Positions 44,788 to 54,942 of a stretch of DNA of 64,000 nucleotides are shown one piece after another. The DNA is from Acidimicrobiales bacterium (GTDB taxonomy: Bacteria; Actinomycetota; Acidimicrobiia; Acidimicrobiales; SZUA-35), in contig JBKECK010000115.1 of NCBI GenBank assembly GCA_047974625.1, positions 1,854 to 65,853 on the forward strand. The letters run 5' to 3'. Below the pieces are notes generated by a model, which was not told the origin of the DNA, did no database searches, and saw nothing but the letters and a program-made list of their open reading frames with translations. The position numbers and the translations under genes are program-made. Each line of letters starts with the position of its first letter. Positions within the stretch are counted from its first letter, which is position 1.

Positions 44788-45576
44788 ATGCCGCTCGTGC
44801 TCGACCGCTACCCGGACATCACCTACCACGCCAATCAGGCCGGGTCCATGGCGGCCGATGACCTCGACGAGGTGCGTCGGCTCCGCCAATGGGAGGTGGC
44901 GATCGGCTACCGCATCTTCGCCGCCCTGCGATGGGGGCAGCTCGGCGACGGCCACATCACAGCGCGCGACCCGGAACGCCCCGACCACTTCTGGGTCCTG
45001 GGCTACGGCATCCCGTTCGGCCAGGCCACGGTGGCCAACCTGTCGCTGATCGCCCCGGACGGTCGGGTGGTGGAGGGGGCGGCCGCCGGGGGCGTCAACA
45101 CCGCGGCGTACAACATCCATTGGCCGGTGCTCGACGCCCGTCCCGACGTGGTGTCGGCCGCCCACGCCCATACCCAGTTCGGGACGCCGTGGTCGGCCAA
45201 CGTGGCCCCCTTCCAGCCGATCACCCAGGAGTCCTGCACCTTCGTCTTCGACCAGTCCCTCTACGCGGGAACCGATCTGGAGGTCATTTCCACCGACGGG
45301 GGTCGGGCCATCGCGGCCGCGTTGGGCCCGAACCGGCTGTGCATCCTGCGCAATCACGGCCTCCTCACAGCGGCCGATTCTCCCGCTCAGGCGGTCGGCC
45401 TGTTCGTCACGGCTGAACGAGTCGCCGAGGCCCACGTCAAGGCCCCCCACGCCCAACCCATCCCCGACGAGGACGCCAAGGCCGTGTCGGCCAATCTGGG
45501 CGTGGAGTCAATCGGCTGGCGGGCGTTCCAGTGGCTGGCCCGCGAACTTGTCCCCGACCCGTCCGTGGTGCTCTAG
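44788..45576 (+). CDS. Class II aldolase/adducin family protein
   Basis: From the ATG at 44788 the sequence reads MPLVLDRYPDITYH...GDGHITARDP...VSAAHAHTQFGTPWS...LRNHGLLTAADS. The upstream part of track ORF 44290.. is antisense to the sigma gene and was rejected. Confidence 0.75.
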   Translation: MPLVLDRYPDITYHANQAGSMAADDLDEVRRLRQWEVAIGYRIFAALRWGQLGDGHITARDPERPDHFWVLGYGIPFGQATVANLSLIAPDGRVVEGAAAGGVNTAAYNIHWPVLDARPDVVSAAHAHTQFGTPWSANVAPFQPITQESCTFVFDQSLYAGTDLEVISTDGGRAIAAALGPNRLCILRNHGLLTAADSPAQAVGLFVTAERVAEAHVKAPHAQPIPDEDAKAVSANLGVESIGWRAFQWLARELVPDPSVVL

Positions 45577-45789
45577 ACGGACATAAACATCCACTCGCGT
45601 CAGGAACCGAAGCGGGCTGCGATTGAACCGCCCTGGGTCTGGTGATGGCTCAGGGTGGTTCAGGCCGTTGACAGTTCGTGGTTTCGGCGACGCGACTCCT
45701 CACTCGTGCCCGACGGCTCGGCCTTCGCCCGGGCGTCGTTCGACCGGTCGTTCCTGGCCGCCGGGGGCCGACCGGGCTCCTTGAATGGC

Positions 45790-45810
45790 GGGGGCGGGGG
45801 CGGGGGCGGG
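45790..45810 (+). other. G-quadruplex-prone motif G5-C-G5-C-G5-C-G3
   Basis: The sequence reads gggggcgggggcgggggcggg, four G-runs separated by 1-nt loops. It lies in the non-coding stretch next to the IS110-family remnant. Confidence 0.6.
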
Positions 45811-45966
45811 TATGGCCGGGGTTCCGGCCTGGTCGGCGGCCGCGACGGCGGCGGGTATCGGCTCACCGCGAACTGAGATGTGAATCACCTTGTCGCGGCG
45901 GTTTCTGGGCGCGTGGGGGCGTTGCCCCCGCTCGGGGCGCAGCCCCGAAGTCAGGCTGATCGCTGG

Positions 45967-46860
45967 TCAGGCGGCTGCTGGTTCGAGGGGGACTTTGTGG
46001 CCGAGGGCTTCGAGCTGGGCAACGAGTCGGCGTTGGCGGGTGTTGCTGTTGCGGTGCTTGTCGAAGTAGTCGCCGCCGAGGTCGCTGTAGGGCTCGCCGT
46101 TGGTGAGGAGGTGCCAGACGATGACCAGAATGGAGTGGCCGACCGCGACCGCAGCGCGCTGTGGTCCGCGGCGGCCCCTGGTCTGGGCGTATTGGGCAGC
46201 GAGGTAGGTGTTCTTGGTGCGTCCGGCGGCCTGCCCGGACTCGATGAGGGCTTTGCGGAGCCACTTCGAGCCCTTCGTGGTGCGCCCGGACTTGCGTTTC
46301 CCGGCCGATTCGTTGTTGCCGGGGCACATGCCAGCCCACGAGGCCAGGTGCCCAGCGGTGGGGAAGCGGGACATGTCGGCGCCGATCTCAGCGAGGATCA
46401 CCTGAGCGGTCCTGGTGGACACGCCTGGGATCGTCACCAACAACGTCACCGCCGCTTCGTAAGGGTCCAACAGTTCATCGATCCGCACGCCGAGGGTGGC
46501 GATGGTGACGTCGATCTGATCGATTCGGGCCAGCATCGAAGACGCGATCAACGCGTGGTGCTCGTTGAACCGGCCGGCGAGGGCGTCTTGGAGCTGAGGG
46601 ATCTTCGCTCGGAGCCGACCCTTGGCGAGTTCGGCCAAAACGACGCTGTCGCGTTCACCCGCGATGAGCGCGTCGATCATCGCCCGACCCGATTTGGTCA
46701 ACACATGCGACGCGACCGACGACAGCTTCACCCCGGCGTCTTCGAGGACCTTGTGCAGGCGCTGGACTTCCCGGGCGCGTTCCTCGGCCAAGCTCTTGCG
46801 GTAGCGGGTCAGGTCCCGCAACGCCCGGAACGGCTCCGGCGGGATGAACGACGGCCGCAC
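45967..46860 (-). pseudogene. IS110-family transposase, 5'-truncated (the N-terminal DEDD domain is missing)
   Basis: The frame begins inside the conserved ...GLVRPSFIPPEPFRALRDLTRYRKSL... segment and carries the C-terminal transposase_20-type region (IPGVSTRTAQVILAEIG...). The upstream in-frame sequence is unrelated and contains stops. Confidence 0.8.
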
Positions 46861-47035
46861 CAGTCCGTTGGGGGTGGCGCGGGGTTCCGGACGGGGGCAA
46901 GCTTGGGTGAGTGGCGAAGAGGAAGAGGAAATTGCCTAGAACTAGGATGGCGTATCCGCCTGAGTTGCGTGTGGAGTTGAGTGCCGGGGGGTAACTACTC
47001 AGCCGGTGGGGATCCAGGGTGGTTCGGTGTGGAGG

Positions 47036-48151
47036 GGCGAGTTCAACCGGTCATAGCGACGTTGCCAGTGTAGAGGTCGTGGGCTGTGGGCGAGTGGTGG
47101 ATGCGGCGGGGGATGGTGTTGAGGCGGTGTTCGATGCGGCGTAGATCGTCGGGGCTGTAGACGCTGAGGTCGGTGCCTTTGCCGACGCAGCGGCGGAGCA
47201 GGCCGTTGCCGCTTTCGTTGGTGGGGCGCTGCCAGGGCGAGTGCGGCTCAGCGAAGTGCACGTCGATCCCGGACAACTTGGCCAGGGCGCGGTGCTTGGA
47301 CATCTCGCGGCCTTGGTCCCAGGTGAGGGTGAGGGCGTGCTGGCAGTCGACCCGTTCGAAGGTCTCGACGAGGGCGGCCAAGACGGCGGTGGCGTTGTGG
47401 CCCTCGGGGAGATCGGCGAGCAGGCAGTAGCGGCTGGCCCGGTCGAACAAGGTGACGATCGCGGAGCGGTTCCGGGCTCCGATGATGAGGTCGCCTTCGA
47501 AGTGGCCTGGCTGGGTGCGGGCGTCTGCTTCGAGGGGCCGGCGACCGATCAGGTTGAACACCCCCAGGGGGCCCGGCTTTGGTGTTGGTGGGCCGAACAC
47601 CCGGTGCTTTCGGCATCGGCGGCGCCGGTGCAGCCCTGTGTGTAGCCCGGTGGGCAGGCCTCGGTGGCCGTGGCCGTAGATGGCCTGGTAGATCGTCTCG
47701 TGGCTGATGTCGGCGGTCAGACTGTGGGTACCGCGGCCGAGTTCGATTGCGATCGTCATCGGGGAGTCCTTCGCCTTCAAGCGGGCGGTCACATGCTTGG
47801 CGAGGGCGGAGTCCGATGCCAGCTTCGCGACCTTGGGACGGGTCCGTTGCTGGTCCGCGCGCGCCTGAGCAGTCGTTGCGGTGTAGGCGGCGACACCACC
47901 ATTGCGGGCGATCTCCGCGCTGATCGTGGATCGGTGTCGACCCAGACGGCGGGCGATCACGGGGCTCGTTTCACCGCGTGCGATCCCGGCGCGGATCTCC
48001 TCACGCTCAGGCGCGGTCAACGGGTTGGCTGGCATGCTGCGGGACTCCATCGGTCAGGGTGCTGTGTCAACAGCGGGCATCATGCCCGCCATCGCGCTCT
48101 GACCGGTGGAGACCTCACCTCACCATGTAGACGTCACCCCTTGAACTCGCC
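47036..48151 (-). mobile_element. IS30-family insertion sequence, apparently intact (1116 bp)
   Basis: The terminal inverted repeats are GGCGAGTTCAA (47036-47046) and TTGAACTCGCC (48141-48151). A single uninterrupted transposase ORF lies inside. Confidence 0.88.
47043..48050 (-). CDS. IS30-family transposase (DDE)
   Basis: The 335-aa protein has an N-terminal HTH ([38 protein letters not shown]). The DDE region contains HFEGDLI...WDQGREM...PHSPWQRPTNESGNGLLR. Confidence 0.9.
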   Translation of the reverse strand: MESRSMPANPLTAPEREEIRAGIARGETSPVIARRLGRHRSTISAEIARNGGVAAYTATTAQARADQQRTRPKVAKLASDSALAKHVTARLKAKDSPMTIAIELGRGTHSLTADISHETIYQAIYGHGHRGLPTGLHTGLHRRRRCRKHRVFGPPTPKPGPLGVFNLIGRRPLEADARTQPGHFEGDLIIGARNRSAIVTLFDRASRYCLLADLPEGHNATAVLAALVETFERVDCQHALTLTWDQGREMSKHRALAKLSGIDVHFAEPHSPWQRPTNESGNGLLRRCVGKGTDLSVYSPDDLRRIEHRLNTIPRRIHHSPTAHDLYTGNVAMTG

Positions 48152-48176
48152 ATGCCTTCGCTTGTTGGGAAAGTCG

Positions 48177-49510
48177 TCACTCATGTTCCTCGATATCCTC
48201 CGTCTCGTTCAGTGTTTGTATTCGTCGAGGAGAGTGAGAGGGATGCTCCCATGCTGGGGACGAGGGTCCGATCTTCCGCCGTCCTCCTCTCTGGCCTATG
48301 TGAAGTAACAATCCAACAAAACCCGCTAGAGGAATCAATGCGAAGTAGGCAGATCCCAGGGAGTATCCAAAGAGATCTTGGAGCACGACCAGCGAAATAT
48401 ATCCGCATGCGATTCCAGCAGATTCCCAAAAATTCACCACTGACAAAGATGTGGAACGCGAGATTGACTCCACACGTTCTTGCACATATGCATCAGCAAC
48501 TATGGCGCCAATTTCAGGCGCGATGGCGACAACCACGAGGCCAGCCAACGTAACAGCGAGGTCTCCCAGGCCAACAAATGCAACCGCGCCAGCAAGCATC
48601 AACATCACGATAGCCAGCACTGACACAGGGTTGGACTGTTCATAGCGGAGCGCCCAAATGGGGGCGATGATTCCAAGAACGAAAGCAACTGACCCTGCGA
48701 TTGAAATGAATCCAAGGGAAGCCCCTTGACCCTCGAGCACTGATTGACTCAGAATCAGATAGGGAGTGACTGTCGAGTGCATCAGTGTCGATGCAACTAC
48801 AACTGGTACGATTGGGCGCGCAGAACGAGTCGATTTCTCGGCGCTCGTGATTCAGCATCGTTATAGTCCTTGGCCCCCTGCTTCGCGATACTCCCGAGAC
48901 GCGAATCGCTCAACTCCTCGAGGTCGGCAATGGCATAGACCGAAAGGACGAGTGCGACGGCCGAGCTCCAATAAACGATGTCCCAAGAGATCTCGGCGAG
49001 TAGCCCTCCGATGAGTATTGCGAGTCCACTCGCCGCGGCTACAGCGCTTTGGTATCCGGATAGTAGGCGGAGATATCTCGATTCTTGGTTGTTCAACTTC
49101 AGCAGGTCATAGAAGAGGCTCTTGTCGGCTCCCGACGACATAGCTCGCCCGAGACCGATGATCACGAAGATGCAGATAAACGGCCAAAAGCCCGCCAGCA
49201 GCGTCGGGGCGACCAGAGCTCCAGCCACGATGAGCTGTCCAACGATCACGCTCAACTTTCTCCCGAATCGGTCTGCGATCAATCCAGTTGGAACCTCGAA
49301 CAGAGCGGTTGCAACGTAGAGAATCGCTAAGAGCACTCCGATCTGTGACGGCGCGAGACCTATGCTCCCCAAATAGACTACAAGAATGCCGCGCTGAAAG
49401 AGGGAATTGGAGAGGACTCCGTAGAGTAAAAACTTCATCGTGAGCGTCATAGCGAAGGCTTTCAAACTGTCTTTATCGTTAAGCTCACAATCGACGGAGC
49501 ATGCCGACAA
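48177..49510 (-). pseudogene. MFS transporter split by one frameshift, in AT-rich foreign DNA
   Basis: The N-terminal half (track 48797..49510) carries MFS motif A GLIADRFGRK, and the C-terminal half is track 48177..48782. The central loop continues in the second frame (...ITSAEKSTRSARPIVPVVVASTLMHSTV...). The frameshift lies near 48830-48850. Confidence 0.7.
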
Positions 49511-50129
49511 CAGTAAATGGGGCGCATCCCTCGGCTATGGCAGCCAATGCGTCGATGTCACTGATATCAAGATGGTCACAGAGTTCCGAGGCATGATGAA
49601 ATAGCTGTTCTGTGTCCTCTTCGCAATAAGACAAACCTGTTGCGTCGGCCAGGTACAACGTGAAGCAAGTATTCGTCTCAATGAAAACGCGCTTAACGTC
49701 TTGCAGTAAGTCGATCCGCTCAACCTCGCTCATCCGAGCGATAGCGGTTTTCACCGATTCGAAGGAATTTGGATTGACTGTGGAATCTGCTGTACGCAAC
49801 CGCATGACCATGGCGCGCTGACTCTCTAGAACATGAGAACTTGGATGCTCAATCTCCTGGTACCGCTGCACCAGCTCCGAGACCGTCACACCCCCGCTAA
49901 CCGTCGGAGCGATGCTCGACACCTTCGCCGCCAGCTCACGACGGGCCTCTGACGCGTCGGCTGCACTACGAAACCCCCGACGGGTGACCTGCTGCCACTT
50001 CCCGGTCTCCGGGTCACGGCCGGTGCGCAGTTTGAAGTACCACGTCCCGTTCCCGGCCCGGTAGACCCCGGTTCGCCTTCGGCATGGTCTGACCCCCTGT
50101 GAGAACTGAGAACCGCCGGATGTTCTCAA
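49485..50129 (-). pseudogene. Integrase N-terminal (arm-type DNA-binding) remnant fused in frame to unrelated AT-rich sequence
   Basis: RRRTGVYRAGNGTWYFKLRTGRDPETGKWQQVTRRGFRSAADASEARRELAAKV... is typical of phage-integrase N-termini. After about residue 90 both composition and sequence change, and no catalytic R..HxxR..Y domain follows. Confidence 0.6.
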
Positions 50130-50200
50130 TTATGTTCTCATATTCCCTGGCCTGAGGGCCGCCGGTCGAGCGGTTGGGCCTCTGACCTGGGGGTTTGTGG

Positions 50201-50273
50201 CTCCGGGGGTGGGGCTCGAACCCACGACCCACTGATTAACAGTCAGTTGCTCTGCCAGCTGAGCTACCCCGGA
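50201..50273 (-). tRNA. tRNA-Asn (anticodon GTT)
   Basis: The reverse complement TCCGGGGTAGCTCAGCTGGCAGAGCAACTGACTGTTAATCAGTGGGTCGTGGGTTCGAGCCCCACCCCCGGAG folds as a 73-nt cloverleaf. The anticodon loop is CTGTTAA. Confidence 0.93.
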
Positions 50274-50344
50274 AGGACTCTGGGAGGATAGCAACGCACA
50301 GTGCGTGTGGTGCAGGTTTCTTGCCGCTTGTTGCGGCCGAAGGA

Positions 50345-51586
50345 TCAGTCGAGGTAATCGCGGAGGCGTTCGCTGCGCAGGGGGTGGCGCAGCTTGGCCA
50401 GGGTCTTGGACTCGATCTGACGGATCCGTTCCCGGGTGACGCCGAACTCCCGCCCCACCTCCTCCAGGGTCCGGGGCCTACCGTCCACCAACCCGAACCG
50501 GAGGCGCACCACTTCTGACTCACGCTCGTTGAGATCGTCCAGCACATCCCGCACCGCCTGCTCCAGAAGCTTGCGGGCGGCCAGGTCGAGCGGGGCGGCG
50601 CCCCGGTCGGGGATGAAGTCGGCCATCGAGGTGTCGTTCTCGTCGCCCACCGGGGAGTCGAGCGACAGGGGGTCCTGGGAGGCGATCCGCAGGATCTCGG
50701 TGACCCGGTCCTCGTCGAGATCGACGTCAGCGGCCAGTTCGGCCATGGTCGGATCCCGCTCCAGCTTCTGGGCCAGGGCCCGCTGGGCCCGGACCACCTT
50801 GTTGATCGACTCGACCATGTGCACCGGCACCCGGATGGTGCGGGACTGGTCGGCGATGGCCCGGGTGATGGCCTGACGGATCCACCAGGTGGCGTAGGTC
50901 GAGAACTTAAAGCCCTTGGTGTAGTCGAACTTCTGAACCGCCCGCATCAGCCCCAGGTTGCCTTCCTGGATGAGATCGAGGATCGGCACCCCCCGCCCCA
51001 CGTAGCGTTTCGCAATCGACACCACCAGCCGGAGGTTGGCCGAGGTCAGCTCCCGGCGGGCCCGCTCACCGTCGGCGGTGGCCCGTCTCAGGCGACGCTG
51101 CTCGTCGGGCCCGATCGAATCCCACCGGTCCGAGGTGAGCAGCTCGGCCGCCTCGGCAGCGGCAAGGGTGCCCTGCTCGATCCGCTTGGCCAGCTGGACC
51201 TCCTCCTCGGCGGCCAGCAGGGGTACCTTGCCGATCTCCTTCAGGTACATCTTGACCGGATCGGCCGAGCCGCTGGCCCTGGCCACCGCGGCCGCGGCCA
51301 CCTTGGCCGGATCGTGACGACGCCGGGCGCGGGCCCGGGTCCGGCCCGGGGGGCCACCGGCGGGATCGACAGGCGCCGGGCCGTCGTCGAAGGGTGCGTC
51401 GTCGTAGGGGACGTCGTTCTCGTCGAGGAACCGGCGCACCTCCTCCAGGACCGTCGGGGTCAGCTGGACGCGGGCCATGACGGCGACCACGTCGTCCTGG
51501 TTCAGGGGGCGGCCGCCCTTGGCCCGCAGCAACAACCGTTCGCGGTGCTCGTCAGCCAGCGCGAATTGGGTCTGGCCGACGTTCAT
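50345..51586 (-). CDS. rpoD: Principal RNA polymerase sigma factor (RpoD/SigA/HrdB type)
   Basis: Regions 1.2 to 4 are recognisable: [52 protein letters not shown] and the region 4 HTH. The start is placed at the ATG at 51586 (MNVGQTQF), which has GGAGGAGG upstream and lies downstream of the dnaG stop. Confidence 0.92.
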   Translation of the reverse strand: MNVGQTQFALADEHRERLLLRAKGGRPLNQDDVVAVMARVQLTPTVLEEVRRFLDENDVPYDDAPFDDGPAPVDPAGGPPGRTRARARRRHDPAKVAAAAVARASGSADPVKMYLKEIGKVPLLAAEEEVQLAKRIEQGTLAAAEAAELLTSDRWDSIGPDEQRRLRRATADGERARRELTSANLRLVVSIAKRYVGRGVPILDLIQEGNLGLMRAVQKFDYTKGFKFSTYATWWIRQAITRAIADQSRTIRVPVHMVESINKVVRAQRALAQKLERDPTMAELAADVDLDEDRVTEILRIASQDPLSLDSPVGDENDTSMADFIPDRGAAPLDLAARKLLEQAVRDVLDDLNERESEVVRLRFGLVDGRPRTLEEVGREFGVTRERIRQIESKTLAKLRHPLRSERLRDYLD

Positions 51587-51606
51587 CGTCCCACCGGCCT
51601 CCTCCG

Positions 51607-53463
51607 TCACGCGCCCTCCTCCGCTGCTCCGAGAAACCAACCTAGCAAGGCATCCACGGTTGCTGCTGCTCGGTCGGGCACACGAAGGTCATCGCGCCGC
51701 AGCCGGTACCACTCCATTTCCCGGGCCAAACGGGCGTACCCCTCGGCGTCCACATCCCGAGCCTCACGACGGCAGTCGTCGATCTGGCGGTCGAGGTAGG
51801 CGGCCCACAACAGCCCGGCCACGTCCAACGGATCGGCGGCCGAATCGTCCACGGCGAGGCGTTGCACCACCTCGGCCACCTCCGGTCCACCGGTGGCGGC
51901 CACGTCGTGCAACGACGGGCTGGTCTTGATCAGGTGATAGATGGTGGCGCACATCGGGTCGACGAACAGTTCCGGCACCAGCAGGCCGTCGATCTCGTCG
52001 GACCGGTTGACCACCAGCCGCAGCGCCTCCATCTCGGTGTGGTCACGCTCGGGCCCGTTCCCCCGTCCGGACCCGTACCGGCCCTGACGGTCGGAGCGGT
52101 CGCCGGTTCCCACCGCCGCACCGGAGCGGGTACGGCCCGCGGCCTCCCCCTGACCGGCGCCGACCGTGGCCACACCACGGGGCCGGGCCGAATCGTCGGC
52201 CAGCATGCGGCGCAGCAGGTCGGGGTCCACCTGGCAGCGGCTGGCCACGGTCATCACGTACTGGTCCCGCACCAGGGGGTTGGGGTGTTCGGCCACCATC
52301 TCCATGGCCCGCTGGGCGGCCCGGGCCCGCCCCTCCCCCGAGGAACGGTCCACCCGGGAGATGGCCCGGTCGACCCGGACCTCGAGGAACGGGCGGGCGT
52401 CGGTGACGGCGGCCCGCAGCCGGGCCGGGTCGGTCACCGACAGCTCACCCGGATCGAGACCGGCCGGCAGGTCGGCCACGGCCACGTCGAGGTCGTGGGT
52501 CTCCTCCCACTCGTAGAACCGGGCTGCGGCGTCCTGGCCGGCCTTGTCGGCGTCGAAGGCCAGGACCACCCGGCGGGCGAAGCGTCGCAGCAGTTTGACG
52601 TGCTCCTCGGTGAGGGCCGTGCCGCAGGTGGCCACCGCCCTCGGTGTGCCGGCCCGGGCGAAACCGATGACGTCGGTGTAGCCCTCGCACACGATCACCT
52701 CGTCGGCCTCGACGATGGCCGTCTTGGCCCAGTTGAGGCCATACAGGACCCGGCTCTTGGCGTAGACGGTCGACTCGGAGGAATTCTTGTACTTGGACCC
52801 TTCGGCGCCGGGAAGGTTCCGGCCCCCGAAGCCGACCGCCCTCCCCTGGGCGTCGAGGATGGGGAACATGACCCGGGCCCGGAAGGCGTCCTGCTGACGA
52901 CCGACCCGGTTGACGAATCCGAGGCCGGAGTCGGTGAGGTCCCGGTCGGACAGGCGCAGGCCCCGGGCCAGGGTGTCCCAGCTGTCGGGGGCCCAGCCGA
53001 TCCGGTAGGCCCGCACGATGTCACCGTCGAGGCCCCGCTGGCGCAGATAGCTGCGGGCCGGGCCGGCGTCGGGGCTGGTGAGGAGCCGCTGGTGGTAGAA
53101 CTCGACCGCCCGCCCCACGGCGTCGCTCAGGGCCGAGCGGCGGCGCCGTTCCTCGCTCTGGTTGGAGTCGGTGTAGCGCAGGCTGATCTTGGCCTTGGCG
53201 GCCAGCCATTCGACGGCGCCGACGAAATCAAGCAGTTCCTTCTCGCGGACGAAGTCGATGATGTCGCCCCCGACACCACAACCGAAGCAGTGGTAGAAGC
53301 CCCGCTCGCCGTCGACGGAGAACGATCCGGTGCGTTCGTCGTGGAACGGGCACAGGCCCTGCCACTGACGACCCACCCGCTTGAGCTGCGTGTACTCCGA
53401 GACGACGGCAACGACGTCGGTTGCCTCGCGAACCCGCGTCACATCCTCATCGACGATTCCCAC
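51607..53463 (-). CDS. dnaG: DNA primase
   Basis: The zinc finger [30 protein letters not shown] and the TOPRIM region [10 protein letters not shown]...AFDADKAG are present. Confidence 0.93.
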   Translation of the reverse strand: MGIVDEDVTRVREATDVVAVVSEYTQLKRVGRQWQGLCPFHDERTGSFSVDGERGFYHCFGCGVGGDIIDFVREKELLDFVGAVEWLAAKAKISLRYTDSNQSEERRRRSALSDAVGRAVEFYHQRLLTSPDAGPARSYLRQRGLDGDIVRAYRIGWAPDSWDTLARGLRLSDRDLTDSGLGFVNRVGRQQDAFRARVMFPILDAQGRAVGFGGRNLPGAEGSKYKNSSESTVYAKSRVLYGLNWAKTAIVEADEVIVCEGYTDVIGFARAGTPRAVATCGTALTEEHVKLLRRFARRVVLAFDADKAGQDAAARFYEWEETHDLDVAVADLPAGLDPGELSVTDPARLRAAVTDARPFLEVRVDRAISRVDRSSGEGRARAAQRAMEMVAEHPNPLVRDQYVMTVASRCQVDPDLLRRMLADDSARPRGVATVGAGQGEAAGRTRSGAAVGTGDRSDRQGRYGSGRGNGPERDHTEMEALRLVVNRSDEIDGLLVPELFVDPMCATIYHLIKTSPSLHDVAATGGPEVAEVVQRLAVDDSAADPLDVAGLLWAAYLDRQIDDCRREARDVDAEGYARLAREMEWYRLRRDDLRVPDRAAATVDALLGWFLGAAEEGA

Positions 53464-53499
53464 TCGACCCCAGGCTACTCGGCCGGGTGGGCCCGGCGG

Positions 53500-54816
53500 T
53501 CAGACGAGACGGTCGTTGAACCAGCCGACCAGGTCGGCGATCGGCAGCCGGACCTGCTCCATCGAGTCCCGCTCCCGCACGGTGACGGCCTTGTCGGTCA
53601 CCGAGTCGAAGTCGTAGGTGATGCAGTAGGGGGTGCCGATCTCGTCCTGACGACGATACCGACGGCCGATGGCCTGGGTCTCGTCGTAGTCGCACATCCA
53701 GTGCGGGGCCAGGGTGGCCAACACCTCCTTGGCCGGTTCGGTGAGCTCGGGCTTCTTCGACAGGGGCAGCACGGCGACCTTGTATGGGGCGATCCGGTGG
53801 TGGAGCCGCAGCACCGTGCGCTGCTCGCCGTTGACCTCCTCCTCGTGGTAGGCGGCCATGAGGAAGGCCATCATGGTGCGGGTGGCCCCGGCCGCCGGTT
53901 CGATCACGTGGGGCACGTATCGCTCGTTGGTGGCGGGGTCCAGATAGTCGAGCCGGGTCCCGGAGTGCTCGGCGTGCTGGCTGAGGTCGTAGTCGCCCCG
54001 GTTGGCGATCCCCTCCAGCTCGTCCCAGCCCCAGGGGAACAGGAACTCGACGTCGCTGGTACCCGACGAGTAGTGGCTGAGCTCGTCGGCGTCGTGGGCC
54101 CGGAGGCGGAGCTCGTCGGCCGGGATCCCGTGCTCCACGTACCAGTCGAACCGTTCCTGGCACCAGTACCGATACCACTGGTCGGCCTCGGCCGGAGGCA
54201 CGAAGAACTCCATCTCCATCTGCTCGAACTCGCGGGTGCGGAACACGAAGTTCCCGGGGGTGATCTCGTTGCGGAAACTCTTGCCCACCTGGGCGATCCC
54301 GAACGGTGGCCGGCGGCGGGCGGTGTTGAGCACGTTGGCGAAGTTGATGAACATGCCCTGGGCCGTCTCCGGCCTCAGGTAGGCGACGGCACCGCTGTCC
54401 TCCACCGGCCCGGCGTGGGTCTTGAACATCAGGTTGAACTGGCGGGCCTCGGTGAAGGTGTCGCGCGACCCGCAGGTGGGACAGACGTTCGGGTCCTCGA
54501 GCTTGTCGAGGCGATGGCGGGCCCCGCAGTGCCGGCAGTCGACCAGGGGGTCGGTGAAGTTGGCCAGGTGGCCGGACGCCTCCCACACCGCGGGTGGGGA
54601 CAGGATTGCGGCGTCCAGACCGACGACGTCGTGGCGCATCTGGACCATGGACCGCCACCAGGCGTCCTTGACGTTGCGCAGCATCAGCACGCCCACCGGC
54701 CCGTAGTCGTAGGTGGACCGGAAACCGCCGTAGATCTCGGCTGAGGGGAAGACGATGCCCCGCCGCTTGGACAGGTTGACAATCTTGTCGAACAGCTCGG
54801 GGTGGGACTCGGCCAT
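53500..54816 (-). CDS. glyQS: Glycine--tRNA ligase (homodimeric class II type)
   Basis: From the ATG at 54816 the sequence reads MAESHPELFDKIVNLSKRRGIVFPSAEIYGGFRSTYDYGPVGVLMLRNVKDAWW... The upstream part of track ORF 53500..55494 is a non-coding-looking extension. Confidence 0.9.
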   Translation of the reverse strand: MAESHPELFDKIVNLSKRRGIVFPSAEIYGGFRSTYDYGPVGVLMLRNVKDAWWRSMVQMRHDVVGLDAAILSPPAVWEASGHLANFTDPLVDCRHCGARHRLDKLEDPNVCPTCGSRDTFTEARQFNLMFKTHAGPVEDSGAVAYLRPETAQGMFINFANVLNTARRRPPFGIAQVGKSFRNEITPGNFVFRTREFEQMEMEFFVPPAEADQWYRYWCQERFDWYVEHGIPADELRLRAHDADELSHYSSGTSDVEFLFPWGWDELEGIANRGDYDLSQHAEHSGTRLDYLDPATNERYVPHVIEPAAGATRTMMAFLMAAYHEEEVNGEQRTVLRLHHRIAPYKVAVLPLSKKPELTEPAKEVLATLAPHWMCDYDETQAIGRRYRRQDEIGTPYCITYDFDSVTDKAVTVRERDSMEQVRLPIADLVGWFNDRLV

Positions 54817-54942
54817 GAGGGCGAGGCTAACGGGATCATCATCCGGGTCAGCCCGAATTTCGACGCCACGATCCGCCGATCGGGCCGCAAGTACGACCCC
54901 GAACCACTTGCGAATCGGGGGGCCGCGGCCGATGGGGACATC

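Noticed and set aside
45640-45665. Weak similarity (tgatggctcagggtgg) to the tRNA-Asn 3' flank (tgtggctccgggggtgg) as a candidate left att site of the island
   Set aside because: The match is short and gapped in G-rich sequence, and is indistinguishable from chance by eye.
45577-45966. Possible bridge/guide RNA in the non-coding end downstream of the IS110-family gene
   Set aside because: The element is 5'-truncated, so its left end is gone. I cannot assign it to the IS1111 subgroup, the subgroup with a 3'-encoded RNA. I also cannot fold or compare the region without tools.
51862-54744. 960-aa plus-strand ORF spanning dnaG and glyQS
   Set aside because: It is antisense to two unmistakable housekeeping genes and has no motifs. 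It is a high-GC shadow frame.
54817-54942. T-box or other leader upstream of glyQS
   Set aside because: The intergenic space to the divergent RDD gene is only about 126 bp, too short for a T-box. No specifier or T-box consensus is visible.
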